Positions 1 through 10,719 of a stretch of DNA of 64,000 nt are shown piece by piece. The stretch is from assembly GCA_031425235.1 (NCBI GenBank), contig JANPIZ010000004.1, forward strand, positions 62 through 64,061. The letters run 5' to 3'. The stretch comes from Candidatus Nomurabacteria bacterium (GTDB lineage Bacteria; Patescibacteriota; Minisyncoccia; Phycocordibacterales; UBA9973). The notes under the pieces were generated by a model that did not search any database, had not been told where the DNA came from, and saw nothing but the letters and a program-made list of their open reading frames with translations. A program made the position numbers and the translations under genes. Position 1 is the first letter of the stretch. The number at the start of each line of letters is the position of its first letter.

Positions 1-76
1 CGTGAGCATTAGTTCAGTTGGCTCGCACCGTTTACGAATTTTTACTAAAGTAGGTTCGAGTCTTGTTTAAAAGGTA

Positions 77-233
77 CTCCGCAATCAAAACCAAGTCTTT
101 TTTGGCGAAATTTTGGCGAGCAGAGCGAAGCTCTGCGTAATGTTCTAAAGGATATCCAACCGCTTCGCGGTTTTTTAGAGTGAGGTTCGAGCCGAAGATT
201 TTTTGGAGGGAGAGTTTTTTGGATGGGAGGTCG
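77..233. repeat. Left copy of 157-bp inverted repeat (reverse complement of 1928-2084); carries the recombinase C-terminal coding fragment on the minus strand
   Basis: Direct comparison: revcomp(77-233) equals 1928-2084 except one mismatch seen (t/c at ~165 vs ~1996). ORF 32-238(-) translates to the same ...DLPSKKLSLQKIFGSNLTLKNREAVGYPLEHYAELRSARQNFAKKDLVLIAE as the C-terminus of ORF 1119-2165. Confidence 0.9.
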
Positions 234-326
234 TCCATAAAAATATAACACTTGACCCACCCACCCGTTCGCGTGTTAAAACTTTTTGGTGATTTTTAAA
301 AATCACCAAACTCCCTTTAATTATCT

Positions 327-533
327 TTATTTCATTAACTCTCCGACTGAAACTCCGATCGCTTTTGCTATTTTCGTAATCGTCGCAAGAGTAGGGTTGG
401 TCTTACCATTTTCAATACTACTCACAAAGCTTTTAGGCATCCCTAATATTTTAACTATATCTCCTTGGGATATACCTTTTTTTGTTCTTATTCGTTTTAA
501 ATTTTGACCGAGTTTCTTTGCTTCGTCTTTCAT
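327..533 (-). CDS. XRE-family helix-turn-helix transcriptional regulator (Cro/CI-type)
   Basis: 68 aa; KKGISQGDIVKILGMPKSFVSSIENGKTNPTLATITKIAKAIGVSVGEL is a classic HTH_XRE signature. Confidence 0.75.
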   Translation of the reverse strand: MKDEAKKLGQNLKRIRTKKGISQGDIVKILGMPKSFVSSIENGKTNPTLATITKIAKAIGVSVGELMK

Positions 534-591
534 TGTTAATAGTATAACCTGCTATTGCGTTACATACTATGGGTTATGGTATAATAGAACT

Positions 592-2165
592 ATGCCTAAA
601 TACTTTCTATATGCTCGCAAATCTACCGATGTGGAAGATAAACAAATCCTCTCTATTGAGGCACAACTCGCCGAATTACGAGAACTCGCGAAGCGAGAAA
701 ATATTTATATTTTTGATGAATTTATTGAAAAACGATCTGCAAAAATTCCCGGTCGCCCTATTTTTAACACTATGCTTTCGCGTATTCAAAATGGTGAAGC
801 ACAAGGAATTGTTTGCTGGAAAATTGATCGCTTGTCTCGCAATCCAGTAGATAGCGGAAAAATCCAATGGCTATTACAAAAAGGAATAATTCAACATATT
901 CAAACACATCATCAAAGCCATTATCCAAATGACAATGTGTTGATGATGTCTGTCGAATTAGGGATGGCGAATGAGTACATAAGACAACTTAGTGAAAATA
1001 CGGCTCGTGGGTTACGACAAAAAGCACGCAATGGAGATTTTCCTAGCCTCGCTCCGTTTGGCTATATAAATAACCCCGCAATTAAAAAATTGCTATTCAT
1101 AAGAAAAATGCAAAGCTCGTGAAAAAAATATTTGAACTTTATGCAACAGGGAATGTGCGACTTGAAGATCTCGCAAAAGTTTTAGAAAAATCTGATATAA
1201 AATCAAAAAATAATAATCGTATTCACCCATCGCGAATAGCACATATAATAAATAATCCAATTTATTATGGACACTTTCGCCATGCAGGAGAAATATATGA
1301 AGGTAAACACGAAACGATTATTTCCAAAACACTTTTTGATAAAGCAAATAATGTTTTGCGAGGTCGTGGTCGCACACCAGACAAGCAAACTAATCCAAGA
1401 CCATTTTGTGGGCTTATGTCATGCGGATCGTGTGGTATGGGAATTACTGGAGAAATAAAAATCAAAAGACAAAAGAATGGCAACAAACATTTTTATACGT
1501 ATTATCATTGTTCAAAAAAATCTAAAACACAAAAATGTTTTGAATCTTGTGTACGAGGAGAAGAATTGGAACGGCAACTTTCGGCAAAAATTAACGAATA
1601 TATCATGCCGAAAGAATTGGCAACAAAATTATTTGAAATGTTAGATAGTGAAGAACAGAAAAATAAACATAGTACGTCAGTGGTAATTTTAGATTTACGA
1701 GAAGAAGAACAAAACATTTCAAAAAACCTCGCCAGGCTTACAGATGTGTATGTCGCTCAAGATATTGAGCGTGAGGACTATTTAAAACGACGTCGCTCTC
1801 TTATGTCCGATAAAAAGTCTATCGAGGAAAAAATAGCTCGACTTTTGCGGACACCATCTGCATGGATCGAACCGACGCGAGAATGGATAAAAGACGTTTC
1901 AATACTGGGTGAAATTGCAAAAAGTGCCGACCTCCCATCCAAAAAACTCTCCCTCCAAAAAATCTTCGGCTCGAACCTCACTCTAAAAAACCGCGAAGCG
2001 GTCGGATATCCTTTAGAACATTACGCAGAGCTTCGCTCTGCTCGCCAAAATTTCGCCAAAAAAGACTTGGTTTTGATTGCGGAGCCGTCGATGGGGATCG
2101 GACCCATGGTCTCTGTCTTACCAAGACAGTGCTTTACCACTAAGCTACGACGGCATAACCTGTAA
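592..2165 (+). CDS. Large serine recombinase, split into two ORFs (592-1122 and 1119-2165, GTG start) by a frameshift in an A-homopolymer region. Either a pseudogene or a sequencing indel.
   Basis: N-terminal ORF: YARKSTDVEDKQ (catalytic Ser), WKIDRLSRN resolvase-domain motifs. C-terminal ORF: recombinase domain (NPIYYGHF) and Cys-rich zinc ribbon (CGLMSCGSCG...YYHCSKK...C). Frames differ by 1; A6 (1084-1089), A5 (1104-1108) and A7 (1122-1128) runs sit at the junction. The last ~25 codons read antisense through tRNA-Thr. Confidence 0.8.
1928..2084. repeat. Right copy of 157-bp inverted repeat; overlaps the recombinase 3' end and the last 2 nt of tRNA-Thr
   Basis: See the left copy; the identity ends exactly at gcggag (2079-2084), at the tRNA 3' terminus. 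Confidence 0.9.
2083..2154 (-). tRNA. tRNA-Thr (anticodon GGT)
   Basis: Revcomp folds as GCCGTCG/CGACGGC acceptor, GCTT..AAGC D-arm, CTGTC-TTGGTAA-GACAG anticodon arm (GGT), ATGGG-TCCGATC-CCCAT T-arm; CCA not encoded. Confidence 0.8.
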
Positions 2166-2301
2166 ACTGCACGCTTTTCCCGAAAATAGTAGCGCGACAA
2201 TTATTAACTATACTAGTGTATTTTTACGCTTTTTGCAAAATGTATATAAAAATGTGGGCCTCTATTTTTTTGAACGAGAAGAATAAGAGCATGCACCTTC
2301 T

Positions 2302-2577
2302 CTAATTTGTCAGAGTGTTGAGAAATTCATTTAGTTGAGGAAACGCTCCGGTGGTGTATAGTATCCAAGATACAAGTGCAATAATGAGTCCAAACACTAT
2401 TGTGGCACCTATTATTCCACTAAGTCCCGTAAGTATACCCCTTAAAATTACCTTCTTGGTTGAATTTGTATCACTAATAGTTTTTTCTAAACTATCCAAA
2501 GATTCTTTTAATTCTAATATTTCTTCCTGCGTATTTACTTCTTCGATGGTATTTTTTTTAATCTCTTCTTTTTCCAT
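2302..2577 (-). CDS. Hypothetical small protein with coiled-coil N-terminus and one C-terminal TM helix
   Basis: 91-aa ORF; hydrophobic stretch ILTGLSGIIGATIVFGLIIALVSWILY. Confidence 0.35.
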   Translation of the reverse strand: MEKEEIKKNTIEEVNTQEEILELKESLDSLEKTISDTNSTKKVILRGILTGLSGIIGATIVFGLIIALVSWILYTTGAFPQLNEFLNTLTN

Positions 2578-2761
2578 AGCAAGATTATACCAAGTTACAC
2601 CTCAAAAGTCTTTACAGGATTAGAGCTTCAAATTTAATCTCCCGCTAAATAAAATACCCATTACGATTAATATTAAAATTAATACAAAAACCACCGTTCG
2701 ATGTCTCATTCTTAAATAATATCACAGAGCTCAAATCCTTAAATACTATACTGGTAGAAGA

Positions 2762-3229
2762 TCACCTTTTGCTTTGTATCGCAAGTAGAGCCAATACCAG
2801 AGCATAGACAATGTGGTCATCAATGATTGGGTTGTTTGCAGGGAAAAGAAGGGCAAGCCACATCAGTACCATCATTGCTATACCTGCTATCGCTCCCCAG
2901 AAAACATATTTGTTAAAAAGTAATGTAAGACCAATAAACAGAAGTCCAAGCATAAACAGCCAATCCACAATTACTACTCCTGCCAAGCTATGAAATAACG
3001 GAGCAAATGGACCTTGAACACCTCCCGTCAAAAATCCCGTAGTTGGAGAACCGCCGTGTATCCACGCTTTCTCGCTCGTCGTCGCCAATCCAAGACCAAA
3101 CAATTTATCAAAAAATGCCCAGAGAAAAATAAAAGACATTACGAAACGAAGTGCAGTTAAAACAATTTTTTGCATATTCATATATTTGAAATTAAAATAA
3201 TAAAAAGATTGCCTAAATTTTAATTTCAC
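2762..3229 (-). CDS. DoxX-family membrane protein (true start probably at the internal MNMQKIVL)
   Basis: ~140-aa 4-TM protein; FIFLWAFFDKLFGLG resembles the DoxX N-terminal motif. Family call from memory. Confidence 0.45.
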   Translation of the reverse strand: MKLKFRQSFYYFNFKYMNMQKIVLTALRFVMSFIFLWAFFDKLFGLGLATTSEKAWIHGGSPTTGFLTGGVQGPFAPLFHSLAGVVIVDWLFMLGLLFIGLTLLFNKYVFWGAIAGIAMMVLMWLALLFPANNPIIDDHIVYALVLALLAIQSKR

Positions 3230-3264
3230 CGAAGTTTATATTTTTGTATACTCATATAAATAAC

Positions 3265-3849
3265 TTATGAATTCATTGTATCATTTTTTTCTTTACAAGT
3301 TTTGATAAAAATCACCATTATGGAATTCGTAACAATCATAGCTATAGAATGAAACATTGTAGCAATGTTATAAGCACCAAGGGTGCTTAATATGAGTGAA
3401 TGTCTGAGTACATTACTTCCATACAATAATGGCGCTTCACTTTGAGGATGACAATATGTTTTATAAAAAGTTGGTATAAATGCAATCAAATCTATAGAAA
3501 CAACTATGATGACTGATATAGTGGGGTCTTTTGTAAGAATCCAAGGGATAAGTCCGAGAAGTGCAAATAGTAAAAAGTACTTGTCTCTCTTTGGAGGATT
3601 TTTAAATCCATACTTTAAAGAAAATAAGAAAATAATTATCGTAAATATTTCTGAAAATAGAGTGGGTATGGCTCCAATCCCTGCACCCTTTGCGACCTGC
3701 CCAAAGAAAACCACACAGGAAACAATAGCCCACACAAGCCATGTATATGGATGTGGTTTTATCTTTCCTTTTACAACATCAAATAGATAAGGAATATTGC
3801 CTACTATCGCAAGCAATACTGCGATTACAACTAGAATTTCTTTTATCAT
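3265..3849 (-). CDS. Hypothetical polytopic membrane protein
   Basis: 194 aa, ~6 hydrophobic segments; no family recognised. Confidence 0.4.
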   Translation of the reverse strand: MIKEILVVIAVLLAIVGNIPYLFDVVKGKIKPHPYTWLVWAIVSCVVFFGQVAKGAGIGAIPTLFSEIFTIIIFLFSLKYGFKNPPKRDKYFLLFALLGLIPWILTKDPTISVIIVVSIDLIAFIPTFYKTYCHPQSEAPLLYGSNVLRHSLILSTLGAYNIATMFHSIAMIVTNSIMVIFIKTCKEKNDTMNS

Positions 3850-3852
3850 TAT

Positions 3853-4254
3853 TTAACTAAAGTTAACCCAGAAACTGTACATACCCATACCGCATACCCC
3901 AACAAGTGGTTCGCCTGATTTAGGAACTCCTAGATCAATTTCGGTTTCTCCTGTTGGCTGTAAAATCTTCTGAAACCCGACAGAGCGCACTACCAGTGAT
4001 GCAGAGCAATCAAAAGTGCCATTTGTCTTTACAATAAGTTTTGTAGGTATGCCACCTTGAGCCGTAGACACTTTAGGAGAATATCCCCCTTTAGCATCAA
4101 TTGTAATGTATTGAACACCATCTCTAATCTCTACACTTTCTTTACCCCCTACAACATTTTCACCTTCTTGTGGTTTTGAACTACCCCCAAAAAATACTAT
4201 GCCGAGAGCGATAACAAGTCCGAGAGTAATGATAATTGAAACTGTTTTGTTCAT
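3853..4254 (-). CDS. Secreted or anchored cupredoxin-like domain protein (putative copper-binding)
   Basis: N-terminal TM/signal anchor plus a ~100-aa beta-rich domain; sits inside the copper gene cluster. Cupredoxin_1-like assignment is tentative. Confidence 0.3.
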   Translation of the reverse strand: MNKTVSIIITLGLVIALGIVFFGGSSKPQEGENVVGGKESVEIRDGVQYITIDAKGGYSPKVSTAQGGIPTKLIVKTNGTFDCSASLVVRSVGFQKILQPTGETEIDLGVPKSGEPLVGVCGMGMYSFWVNFS

Positions 4255-4271
4255 AGAATGATTATATCAAA

Positions 4272-5279
4272 TTAAATATTAAATAGGGGGTTAATAATAC
4301 CCAATCCCGCGAGTCCTGCCAGTAATGCAAACAATCCAAGCCCAATAACCACTACTCCAGCCGATTTAAAGAATAGTGGTGCATACCTAGAATGAGCAAA
4401 GGAGGCTGAACCAAATGACAATAGCAAGAGCATTGGCAATGTGCCTAAGGCAAAGGCAAACATAATAAAAAATCCAGAGAAGAATGAACCACTCCCGAGT
4501 GCGGTGACTTGCATAGACTGAGTGAAGCCACATGGTAAAAAGAAAGTACCAAAACCAACCAATAGTGGAGCAAATGTCTTATGTTCTACTCTTCTAAAGA
4601 AATTAAAAATACCAGAAGGTAATGCAATTTTATTTTTCGCAAATACTCCAACTAAATTTAAGCCCAAAAACAGCATGACTAGGGATGCAATTATTCCTAG
4701 TATTGATGTAAATGTGAAATTGATACCTATGGCGTTACCAACTACGCCTAAGACTCCACCCAAAACTGCAAAACTCACTAGCCGGCCTATATGAAAAAGC
4801 AGAAAAGTTTTTGTATCGCTTATATTGTCTTCTGATATCTTTGCAGAAAGTGACAAAACTAAGCCACCTACTATTGCCAAGCAACTAGATACTGATGCAA
4901 TCAACCCAATAATAAAACTAGTTATCGGGGTAGTTTGTCCGCCAATACCGAGATTTAAAATTCCTGATTTTTGCAAAAAGAAAAACAGAGCAAGAAACAA
5001 AAGCCCAATAGGTATTGCCTTCCAAATCACACCGTCATTTTCTTTTTCTTTAATTATTTTTTCTACTGAAACTGTATAGCCATTTGATTTTATTTTAGAG
5101 GTCAATATGACCGCAATTTCTTCGGGAGTTTGTTCGCTTTCAGTTTCAATTTCTATGGTTTCTTTCTTTAGATTAACTTGTGCTTTTTTAACTAGCTCTT
5201 GCTCGCCTAAAACGTCTTCTATCAAGATTTTACACGATGCACAATGAGTGCCGGTTATATGATATACATATGTTTTCAT
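4272..5279 (-). CDS. HMA (heavy-metal-associated) domain fused to a polytopic membrane domain (DsbD_2/CcdA-like). Putative metal transport or redox protein.
   Basis: N-terminus YHITGTHCASCKILIEDVL (GxxCxxC ferredoxin-like HMA); then ~6 TM helices with conserved Cys (SSCLA, LPCGF). Confidence 0.5.
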   Translation of the reverse strand: MKTYVYHITGTHCASCKILIEDVLGEQELVKKAQVNLKKETIEIETESEQTPEEIAVILTSKIKSNGYTVSVEKIIKEKENDGVIWKAIPIGLLFLALFFFLQKSGILNLGIGGQTTPITSFIIGLIASVSSCLAIVGGLVLSLSAKISEDNISDTKTFLLFHIGRLVSFAVLGGVLGVVGNAIGINFTFTSILGIIASLVMLFLGLNLVGVFAKNKIALPSGIFNFFRRVEHKTFAPLLVGFGTFFLPCGFTQSMQVTALGSGSFFSGFFIMFAFALGTLPMLLLLSFGSASFAHSRYAPLFFKSAGVVVIGLGLFALLAGLAGLGIINPLFNI

Positions 5280-5281
5280 AA

Positions 5282-5815
5282 TTATATTGGCGCTTTTTCG
5301 GGGGCTCGATCATTATTAATTTCGATAAATTGTTTTATGTTAACTTCATCTACAACATCTAGCCTCAATATATAATTCCAAGATGTGAGCGCAATTGGCG
5401 TATCCATGTCGGTGCGGGGAAGCATGATCTTTTTCCCCGAAGCTTCGTTAAATACTTTTTTTAATCTCTCCACATCTTCTGCTTTCAGATCCTGCCTATA
5501 CCACAGTACTACTGCTCCATGTTCCAAACTATGCACAACAAGCTCATCTGAAACAGGCTTGTCTTTTATGCCTGGTCCTGCCACGGCGTCCCCAATGTGC
5601 GGACCCGAGGTAGGCGGGTTTGAATTGTAGGCTTGATACGAGTCTCCTATTTTTATGTGAGGCGATTTCATTTCCTCTATCTTTTGTCCTACCAAGTCGT
5701 TACTAAGCCTCACTTGTTCTGTTGCTTCTTTTTTCTGTTCTCGCATCGACATTCCTACTACAAGAATACCTGTGACAAGGACAACACCTATGATAATTTT
5801 ATAATCTGTTTTCAT
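5282..5815 (-). CDS. DUF3105-like protein with N-terminal TM anchor
   Basis: HSLEHGAVVLWY motif; family assignment from memory, moderate. Confidence 0.35.
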   Translation of the reverse strand: MKTDYKIIIGVVLVTGILVVGMSMREQKKEATEQVRLSNDLVGQKIEEMKSPHIKIGDSYQAYNSNPPTSGPHIGDAVAGPGIKDKPVSDELVVHSLEHGAVVLWYRQDLKAEDVERLKKVFNEASGKKIMLPRTDMDTPIALTSWNYILRLDVVDEVNIKQFIEINNDRAPEKAPI

Positions 5816-5816
5816 A

Positions 5817-6038
5817 TTAAATTATTTCTCCATTCTTCTCAAGCATTATATGGTGAATTGTTCCAAGCTGGAGCCAGGTAGCAATAAGAATAAGAACTCC
5901 CGTGCATAGTAAAGCATCTATCTTTGTAATCCCAAATACTAGGTCATCAGCTCCACCGAGGATTGTAGCTAAAAATGTAATAATTCCTGCCACTCCAACT
6001 ATAACACTAACGATATGTAACATTTTTGATATTTTCAT
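5817..6038 (-). CDS. Small 2-TM membrane protein
   Basis: 73 aa, two hydrophobic helices. Confidence 0.35.
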   Translation of the reverse strand: MKISKMLHIVSVIVGVAGIITFLATILGGADDLVFGITKIDALLCTGVLILIATWLQLGTIHHIMLEKNGEII

Positions 6039-6088
6039 AAATTTTTTAACGAAGTTAAATTTTTAATAATGACCTAAAGTTATTTATA

Positions 6089-6703
6089 CTAATTACTATA
6101 CCAACCTTGCATTTGTTGTATCTCTTTTGCTTGCGATTCGATGATATTGTCCGCAAGTGTTAACATCTCAGGTCTATTAGTACCAGACTTTAACATTTGA
6201 GCCATCGTGATAGCCATCTGATGATGCGGAATCATAGCTTCAAGAAATGCTTTGTCAAAATCAGCTGCATTTTCTAGAGCCTTCATATCTTCTTGCCCAC
6301 CCATATGCATTCCGCTACCTGACATCATGCCTCCCCCCATCATACCTGTACTTCCTTTTGGAACATCTTTACCAAACCAATTCTTGTACCACTCACTCAT
6401 ATCTTTGATTTCCTTATTCTGATCTTTGATGATACTAGTAGCTAAAGTTTTGACCTCGGGGCGCTTTGACCTTTCAAGTGCTAACTGTGCCATAGTGACA
6501 GCACCTTCGTGATGCGGGATCATCTGCTCGATGAAATGTTTGTCTATACTTCCCATCATCTGATTACTTCCTGTATTTTGATTGTTACCCATCATTCCGC
6601 TATTCCCGTTATTAGACCCCATAAACATATTTCCCCCAAACAGACCTGCTAAAACTAAACCGACTACAACTCCTCCTATTCCAAATGCAATTTTATTGTT
6701 CAT
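6089..6703 (-). CDS. DUF305 domain protein (four-helix-bundle, copper-resistance-associated) with Met/Gly-rich tracts
   Basis: Duplicated MIPHHEGAVTMAQ / MIPHHQMAITMAQ motifs typical of DUF305; GMMGGGMMSGSGMHMGG Met-rich repeats (methionine copper ligands). N-terminal TM. Confidence 0.7.
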   Translation of the reverse strand: MNNKIAFGIGGVVVGLVLAGLFGGNMFMGSNNGNSGMMGNNQNTGSNQMMGSIDKHFIEQMIPHHEGAVTMAQLALERSKRPEVKTLATSIIKDQNKEIKDMSEWYKNWFGKDVPKGSTGMMGGGMMSGSGMHMGGQEDMKALENAADFDKAFLEAMIPHHQMAITMAQMLKSGTNRPEMLTLADNIIESQAKEIQQMQGWYSN

Positions 6704-6739
6704 ATTATTTTTATTACTTAATTTAATAATGTTTGACCT

Positions 6740-9070
6740 TTATAATTTCATAGTTTTAATTCTAAGCGAATTACCAACCACGCTTACACTACTCATCGCC
6801 ATCGCGAACCCAGCAAACACTGGGGACAACAGCCAGCCAAAAATTGGATAAAATAATCCCGCAGCGAGTGGTATACCAACAATGTTATAGATGAATGCCC
6901 AGAAAAGATTCTGTTTTATTCCGTTCATTGTAATTTTTGATAACTTAACGGCTTTTACAATTTTCGAAATGTCTCCACCGAGCAGTGTAATGCCTGCCGA
7001 TTCTATGGCCACATCCGTGCCGGTGCCCATAGCGATACCTACATCAGCTTGAGCGAGCGCTGGAGCATCATTCACTCCATCACCTGCCATAACCACAATA
7101 TTGCCTTTGCTCTGCAAATCTTTGATGACGCGCAATTTATCCTCTGGCATCACTTCAGCAATCACTTCATCAATACCTACAAGCTTGGCAATAAATTCAC
7201 CTGTATTTTTATTGTCACCAGTCAGCATCATTACTTTTTTATTTAGCTTGTGTAATCCCTTCACCATTTCGATAGCTTCAGGCTTGATTTGATCTGCAAC
7301 ATATACTACTGCGAGTACTTCATTTTTATTAAAAAGTAAAACTGGAGTTTTACCTTGCCGTGTTTCGACTTCTAAATTTTTAATGTCAAAAGATATGTTT
7401 AAATCAGGCACCATTTCTTTGATTTTTGTATTACCGGCAAAATATTCCATGCCATTAATCAATCCCTTTAGGCCCTTACCTTTTATGATTTCAAAGTTTG
7501 AAACATTGAGATTTATGATATTTTTTTCTTTAGCATACTTCACTATTGCGTGTGCTATCGGGTGCTCAGACTTACTTTCAAGGGTTGCCAGAATAGCGAG
7601 AATTTCATCGTCTTTTAGCTTGCTTAAGTTTTCAATCTTGGTGAGTTCGGGTTTGCCTTTTGTAATCGTTCCTGTTTTATCCACCACAACAATGTTTGCT
7701 TTGTGAAGTGTTTCAAGTGCTGTGGCATCTTTTACTAATATTCCTTCCCTTGCTCCTTTCCCAACCCCCACAATAATAGCAGTTGGGGTAGCTAAACCTA
7801 ATGCACACGGGCAAGCTATCACTAGCACTCCCACAAATGAAGTGAGTGCATATGAAAGCGCAATAGAAAATCCCAGTGTGGGTATTCCAAAATACATCCA
7901 TAGTCCAAATGCCAAAAATGCAATTACAAGCACAATGGGTACAAAGACCGCAGAAATTTTATCAGCTAGAGCTTGTATTGGTGCTTTGCTTCCTTGGGCA
8001 TCTTCAACCATTTTAATGATATGCGCAAGTAAAGTTTCTGAACCAACTTTTGTTGCTTTAAAATTAAATGTGCCCGTGGTGTTGATTGTTCCCGCGACAA
8101 CCTTATCTTCTATGTTTTTTTCAACTGGCACTGGCTCGCCAGTTATCATTGATTCATCAACATATGAAGATCCTGAAATAATAACGCCATCGACAGGGAC
8201 TTTCTGCCCAGGTTTTACAATCAAAATATCATCTACGAGTACGAGATCAATTGAAATTTCAATTTCCTTACCCTCTCGTATAACGAGTGCGGTTTTTGCT
8301 TGAAGCCCAAGTAGCTTTTCTATTGCATCGCCAGTTTTTAATTTTGATTTTGCTTCTAAGTATTTACCTAACGCTATAAATGTAATAACGACAATTGCTA
8401 TATCATAAAAATTGTATTGTACATTTAAATATGGGGTCAGAACTTCTTCAAAAGCTGTAACAATAAAACTATACATAAACGCGACTGATGTACCGAGACC
8501 AATCAGCGTATCCATGTTTGCTTTGCCATAGCGGAAGAATCTATATACCCCGAGTAAATACGGCTTGCCGATGGTTATAAATATGTAGGTAGCAAAAATT
8601 GGAAGCAGGTGATGAAAAAATTCATATAAAGTTTCAGACATGGGGAGTATTAGGTTATATTTACCTAGTATCTCCCAGGTCATTACAAAAATACTAACCA
8701 CAGAAAGTAGGATAGCGGGTACAATTTTCGCTCGCATCTCTTTTATTTCAGCTAGTTTTTCCTCTTTTGATTGATTAAGCCCAAGATGCTCGGCATGCTC
8801 ATTCTCGCTCATACCCATCTGGCTTGCTGTCATGTTATGAGAACTATCATCTATAGCCTTTGGTACTACTAAAGAGTAGCCGAGAGGTTCCAGTTTTTTA
8901 TTAAAATCTTCTGGGCTTGTTTTGCTTGCGTCATATGAGATTTTTGCATTTTCTGTACCATTGTTGACAGCTATATTTTCTACGCCTTCAATTTTTTTTA
9001 CTGCCCTCTCAATAATTGAGGCGCATGAAGCGCAATGCATTCCTTTTACTTTGTAAGTTTTTGTTTGCAT
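6740..9070 (-). CDS. copA: Copper-translocating P1B-type ATPase
   Basis: N-terminal HMA ([15 protein letters not shown]), TM CPC motif ([11 protein letters not shown]), DKTGTIT phosphorylation site, [16 protein letters not shown] hinge; 776 aa. Confidence 0.95.
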   Translation of the reverse strand: MQTKTYKVKGMHCASCASIIERAVKKIEGVENIAVNNGTENAKISYDASKTSPEDFNKKLEPLGYSLVVPKAIDDSSHNMTASQMGMSENEHAEHLGLNQSKEEKLAEIKEMRAKIVPAILLSVVSIFVMTWEILGKYNLILPMSETLYEFFHHLLPIFATYIFITIGKPYLLGVYRFFRYGKANMDTLIGLGTSVAFMYSFIVTAFEEVLTPYLNVQYNFYDIAIVVITFIALGKYLEAKSKLKTGDAIEKLLGLQAKTALVIREGKEIEISIDLVLVDDILIVKPGQKVPVDGVIISGSSYVDESMITGEPVPVEKNIEDKVVAGTINTTGTFNFKATKVGSETLLAHIIKMVEDAQGSKAPIQALADKISAVFVPIVLVIAFLAFGLWMYFGIPTLGFSIALSYALTSFVGVLVIACPCALGLATPTAIIVGVGKGAREGILVKDATALETLHKANIVVVDKTGTITKGKPELTKIENLSKLKDDEILAILATLESKSEHPIAHAIVKYAKEKNIINLNVSNFEIIKGKGLKGLINGMEYFAGNTKIKEMVPDLNISFDIKNLEVETRQGKTPVLLFNKNEVLAVVYVADQIKPEAIEMVKGLHKLNKKVMMLTGDNKNTGEFIAKLVGIDEVIAEVMPEDKLRVIKDLQSKGNIVVMAGDGVNDAPALAQADVGIAMGTGTDVAIESAGITLLGGDISKIVKAVKLSKITMNGIKQNLFWAFIYNIVGIPLAAGLFYPIFGWLLSPVFAGFAMAMSSVSVVGNSLRIKTMKL

Positions 9071-9075
9071 AATTT

Positions 9076-9387
9076 TTATTTGCGTTTTAAACGATATACT
9101 TTTAATATTTCACCTGTAGCTTTTTCTGTTTGACCTTTCTTTATTTGATTTACAACACAATGTCCCAGATGACCTTCCATGAGAGTATCTTCTATATTAG
9201 AGAGTGATTGCTTTATTGCTGATGTTTGAGTAATGACATCAATGCAATAGGTATCTTTCTCTATCATATTCTGAAGACCCCTCACCTGGCCTTCAATTAT
9301 CTTAAGATGCCGTATAAGTTTTGGTTTATTGGTTTGCATAAGATAAGTATATACCCCCCAGGGGGTATTGTCAAGCATTCTATACAT
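9076..9387 (-). CDS. csoR: CsoR/RcnR-family metal-sensing transcriptional repressor
   Basis: 103 aa; [35 protein letters not shown] ... GHLGHCV matches the CsoR fold and the Cys/His/Cys ligand pattern; directly upstream of copA. Confidence 0.85.
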   Translation of the reverse strand: MYRMLDNTPWGVYTYLMQTNKPKLIRHLKIIEGQVRGLQNMIEKDTYCIDVITQTSAIKQSLSNIEDTLMEGHLGHCVVNQIKKGQTEKATGEILKVYRLKRK

Positions 9388-9393
9388 AAAGAA

Positions 9394-10104
9394 TTAGTGG
9401 GTAGTACTAGAAACAGAATTAGGCTTTCTTTTTTTATAGTCAGATATAAGTAAGACTAGAATCCACACTCCTATAACTAAAAATACATATACATTTCCAG
9501 TTCCCCCACCAGCTATTTCTAGGACCCCGTCGCCAACTCGGTAAACAATCAGAGCCACTAATGAATACCAGAAAACTGATGATGCAACAGAATACAGTAA
9601 AAATTTCTTAAACGGCATACGTATTATTCCTGCTGCTGTGTTTGTAAGAGCCCCAAAGCTCGGCAACCAATAACTGAGAGGAATCGCAATAGGTCCTCTT
9701 TTTTCAAGCCTATTTTTTGATTGCTCTATAGCATCTTTCATTCCAAATTTAACCAGTAATTTATACCATCCATATTTACCCAAGAAATAATTTATAATAT
9801 GAGCAATAATTAAACCTGATGTACATACAATTACAGAAATTACAGCATCTGTCGGTGATTTGGCAACCAGTACTCCTAGAAAAATTACGAAAACTCCAGG
9901 AAAGTATCCACCAATAAGTAATATACCTTCTAATGTTGAACTAAAAAACAGTGCGGGTATTCCGTAGGTATCAAACCACCCACCTACTATCTCTGTTAGT
10001 TGGTCAGTAGGTGGTAAATTCAAAATATTCCAAACTATATTAAGTGAAGAGTAGAGTATGAGAAAAAGTAGTGGAACTGAAAGAAGTTTAAAATAATATT
10101 TCAT
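9394..10104 (-). CDS. DedA/VTT-like membrane protein
   Basis: 236 aa polytopic membrane protein; weak SNARE-assoc/DedA-like pattern. Confidence 0.3.
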   Translation of the reverse strand: MKYYFKLLSVPLLFLILYSSLNIVWNILNLPPTDQLTEIVGGWFDTYGIPALFFSSTLEGILLIGGYFPGVFVIFLGVLVAKSPTDAVISVIVCTSGLIIAHIINYFLGKYGWYKLLVKFGMKDAIEQSKNRLEKRGPIAIPLSYWLPSFGALTNTAAGIIRMPFKKFLLYSVASSVFWYSLVALIVYRVGDGVLEIAGGGTGNVYVFLVIGVWILVLLISDYKKRKPNSVSSTTH

Positions 10105-10228
10105 TCTTAAAATTATATCAGTTCTCTGTCTAATCAGTAAGAAAGAAAAAGAACCATATTTCTATGGCTCTTATGCGCGGACTAGTGAACGAAGTGGGAA
10201 CTGCTATTAGGAACCATAATGGGTATAT

Positions 10229-10717
10229 TTACATACCCGACCTTAAAGAAAGGGCCTGATCAATTAGTCGATCTCCAACAGGACCCCAATCGAAATACTC
10301 TTTATAATCTTTTGGATCAATGAGTTTGATTTCAGTAACATCGCCATCAGGATCAACGATAAATTCACCTATTGGTTCAATAATACACACAGACCGTGTT
10401 TGTCTTATTATTCTATTCGGTTCATAAATATCCTGATACCCAATAAGTTTCTGCTTTAACACTTTCATGTTTGTTTCTTCCTTGACCTCACGAATAACAG
10501 CTTCTTCATATGTCTCTCCGGGCTCAATACCGCCGCCGGGTGGTGTCCAGTATCCTTTATTTTTAGCAAAAACAATTACTAATTTGTCACCATAAAAACA
10601 GAAAGCGTGAACACCTTGCAGAATTTTGCCACCCAAATCTTTTAGTGGATCGTCTTCTTTATACAGGACCTCAAGTGTCTGCCCCGAACGATTTGTGAGA
10701 GAGGATCTTATTTCCAT
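10229..10717 (-). CDS. NUDIX hydrolase
   Basis: NUDIX box GGGIEPGETYEEAVIREVKEETNM. Confidence 0.85.
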   Translation of the reverse strand: MEIRSSLTNRSGQTLEVLYKEDDPLKDLGGKILQGVHAFCFYGDKLVIVFAKNKGYWTPPGGGIEPGETYEEAVIREVKEETNMKVLKQKLIGYQDIYEPNRIIRQTRSVCIIEPIGEFIVDPDGDVTEIKLIDPKDYKEYFDWGPVGDRLIDQALSLRSGM

Positions 10718-10719
10718 AA

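Noticed and set aside
1-82. tRNA-like sequence at the window start (D-loop-like AGTTCAGTTGG and T-loop GGTTCGAGTC), positioned symmetrically to tRNA-Thr across the inverted repeat
   Set aside because: I could not fold a convincing cloverleaf: the T-stem needs three G:U pairs and no acceptor partner is present. It may be a degenerate pseudo-tRNA or be truncated by the window edge. It is mentioned only inside the inverted-repeat finding.
32-260. ORFs 32-238(-) and 45-260(-) in the six-frame track
   Set aside because: These are the inverted-repeat copy of the recombinase C-terminal coding segment and its overlapping frame, not independent genes.
6582-8303. Antisense ORFs inside copA (for example 7722-8303+, 7383-7706+, 7049-7246+)
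   Set aside because: They overlap a high-confidence gene on the opposite strand and have low-complexity translations; spurious.
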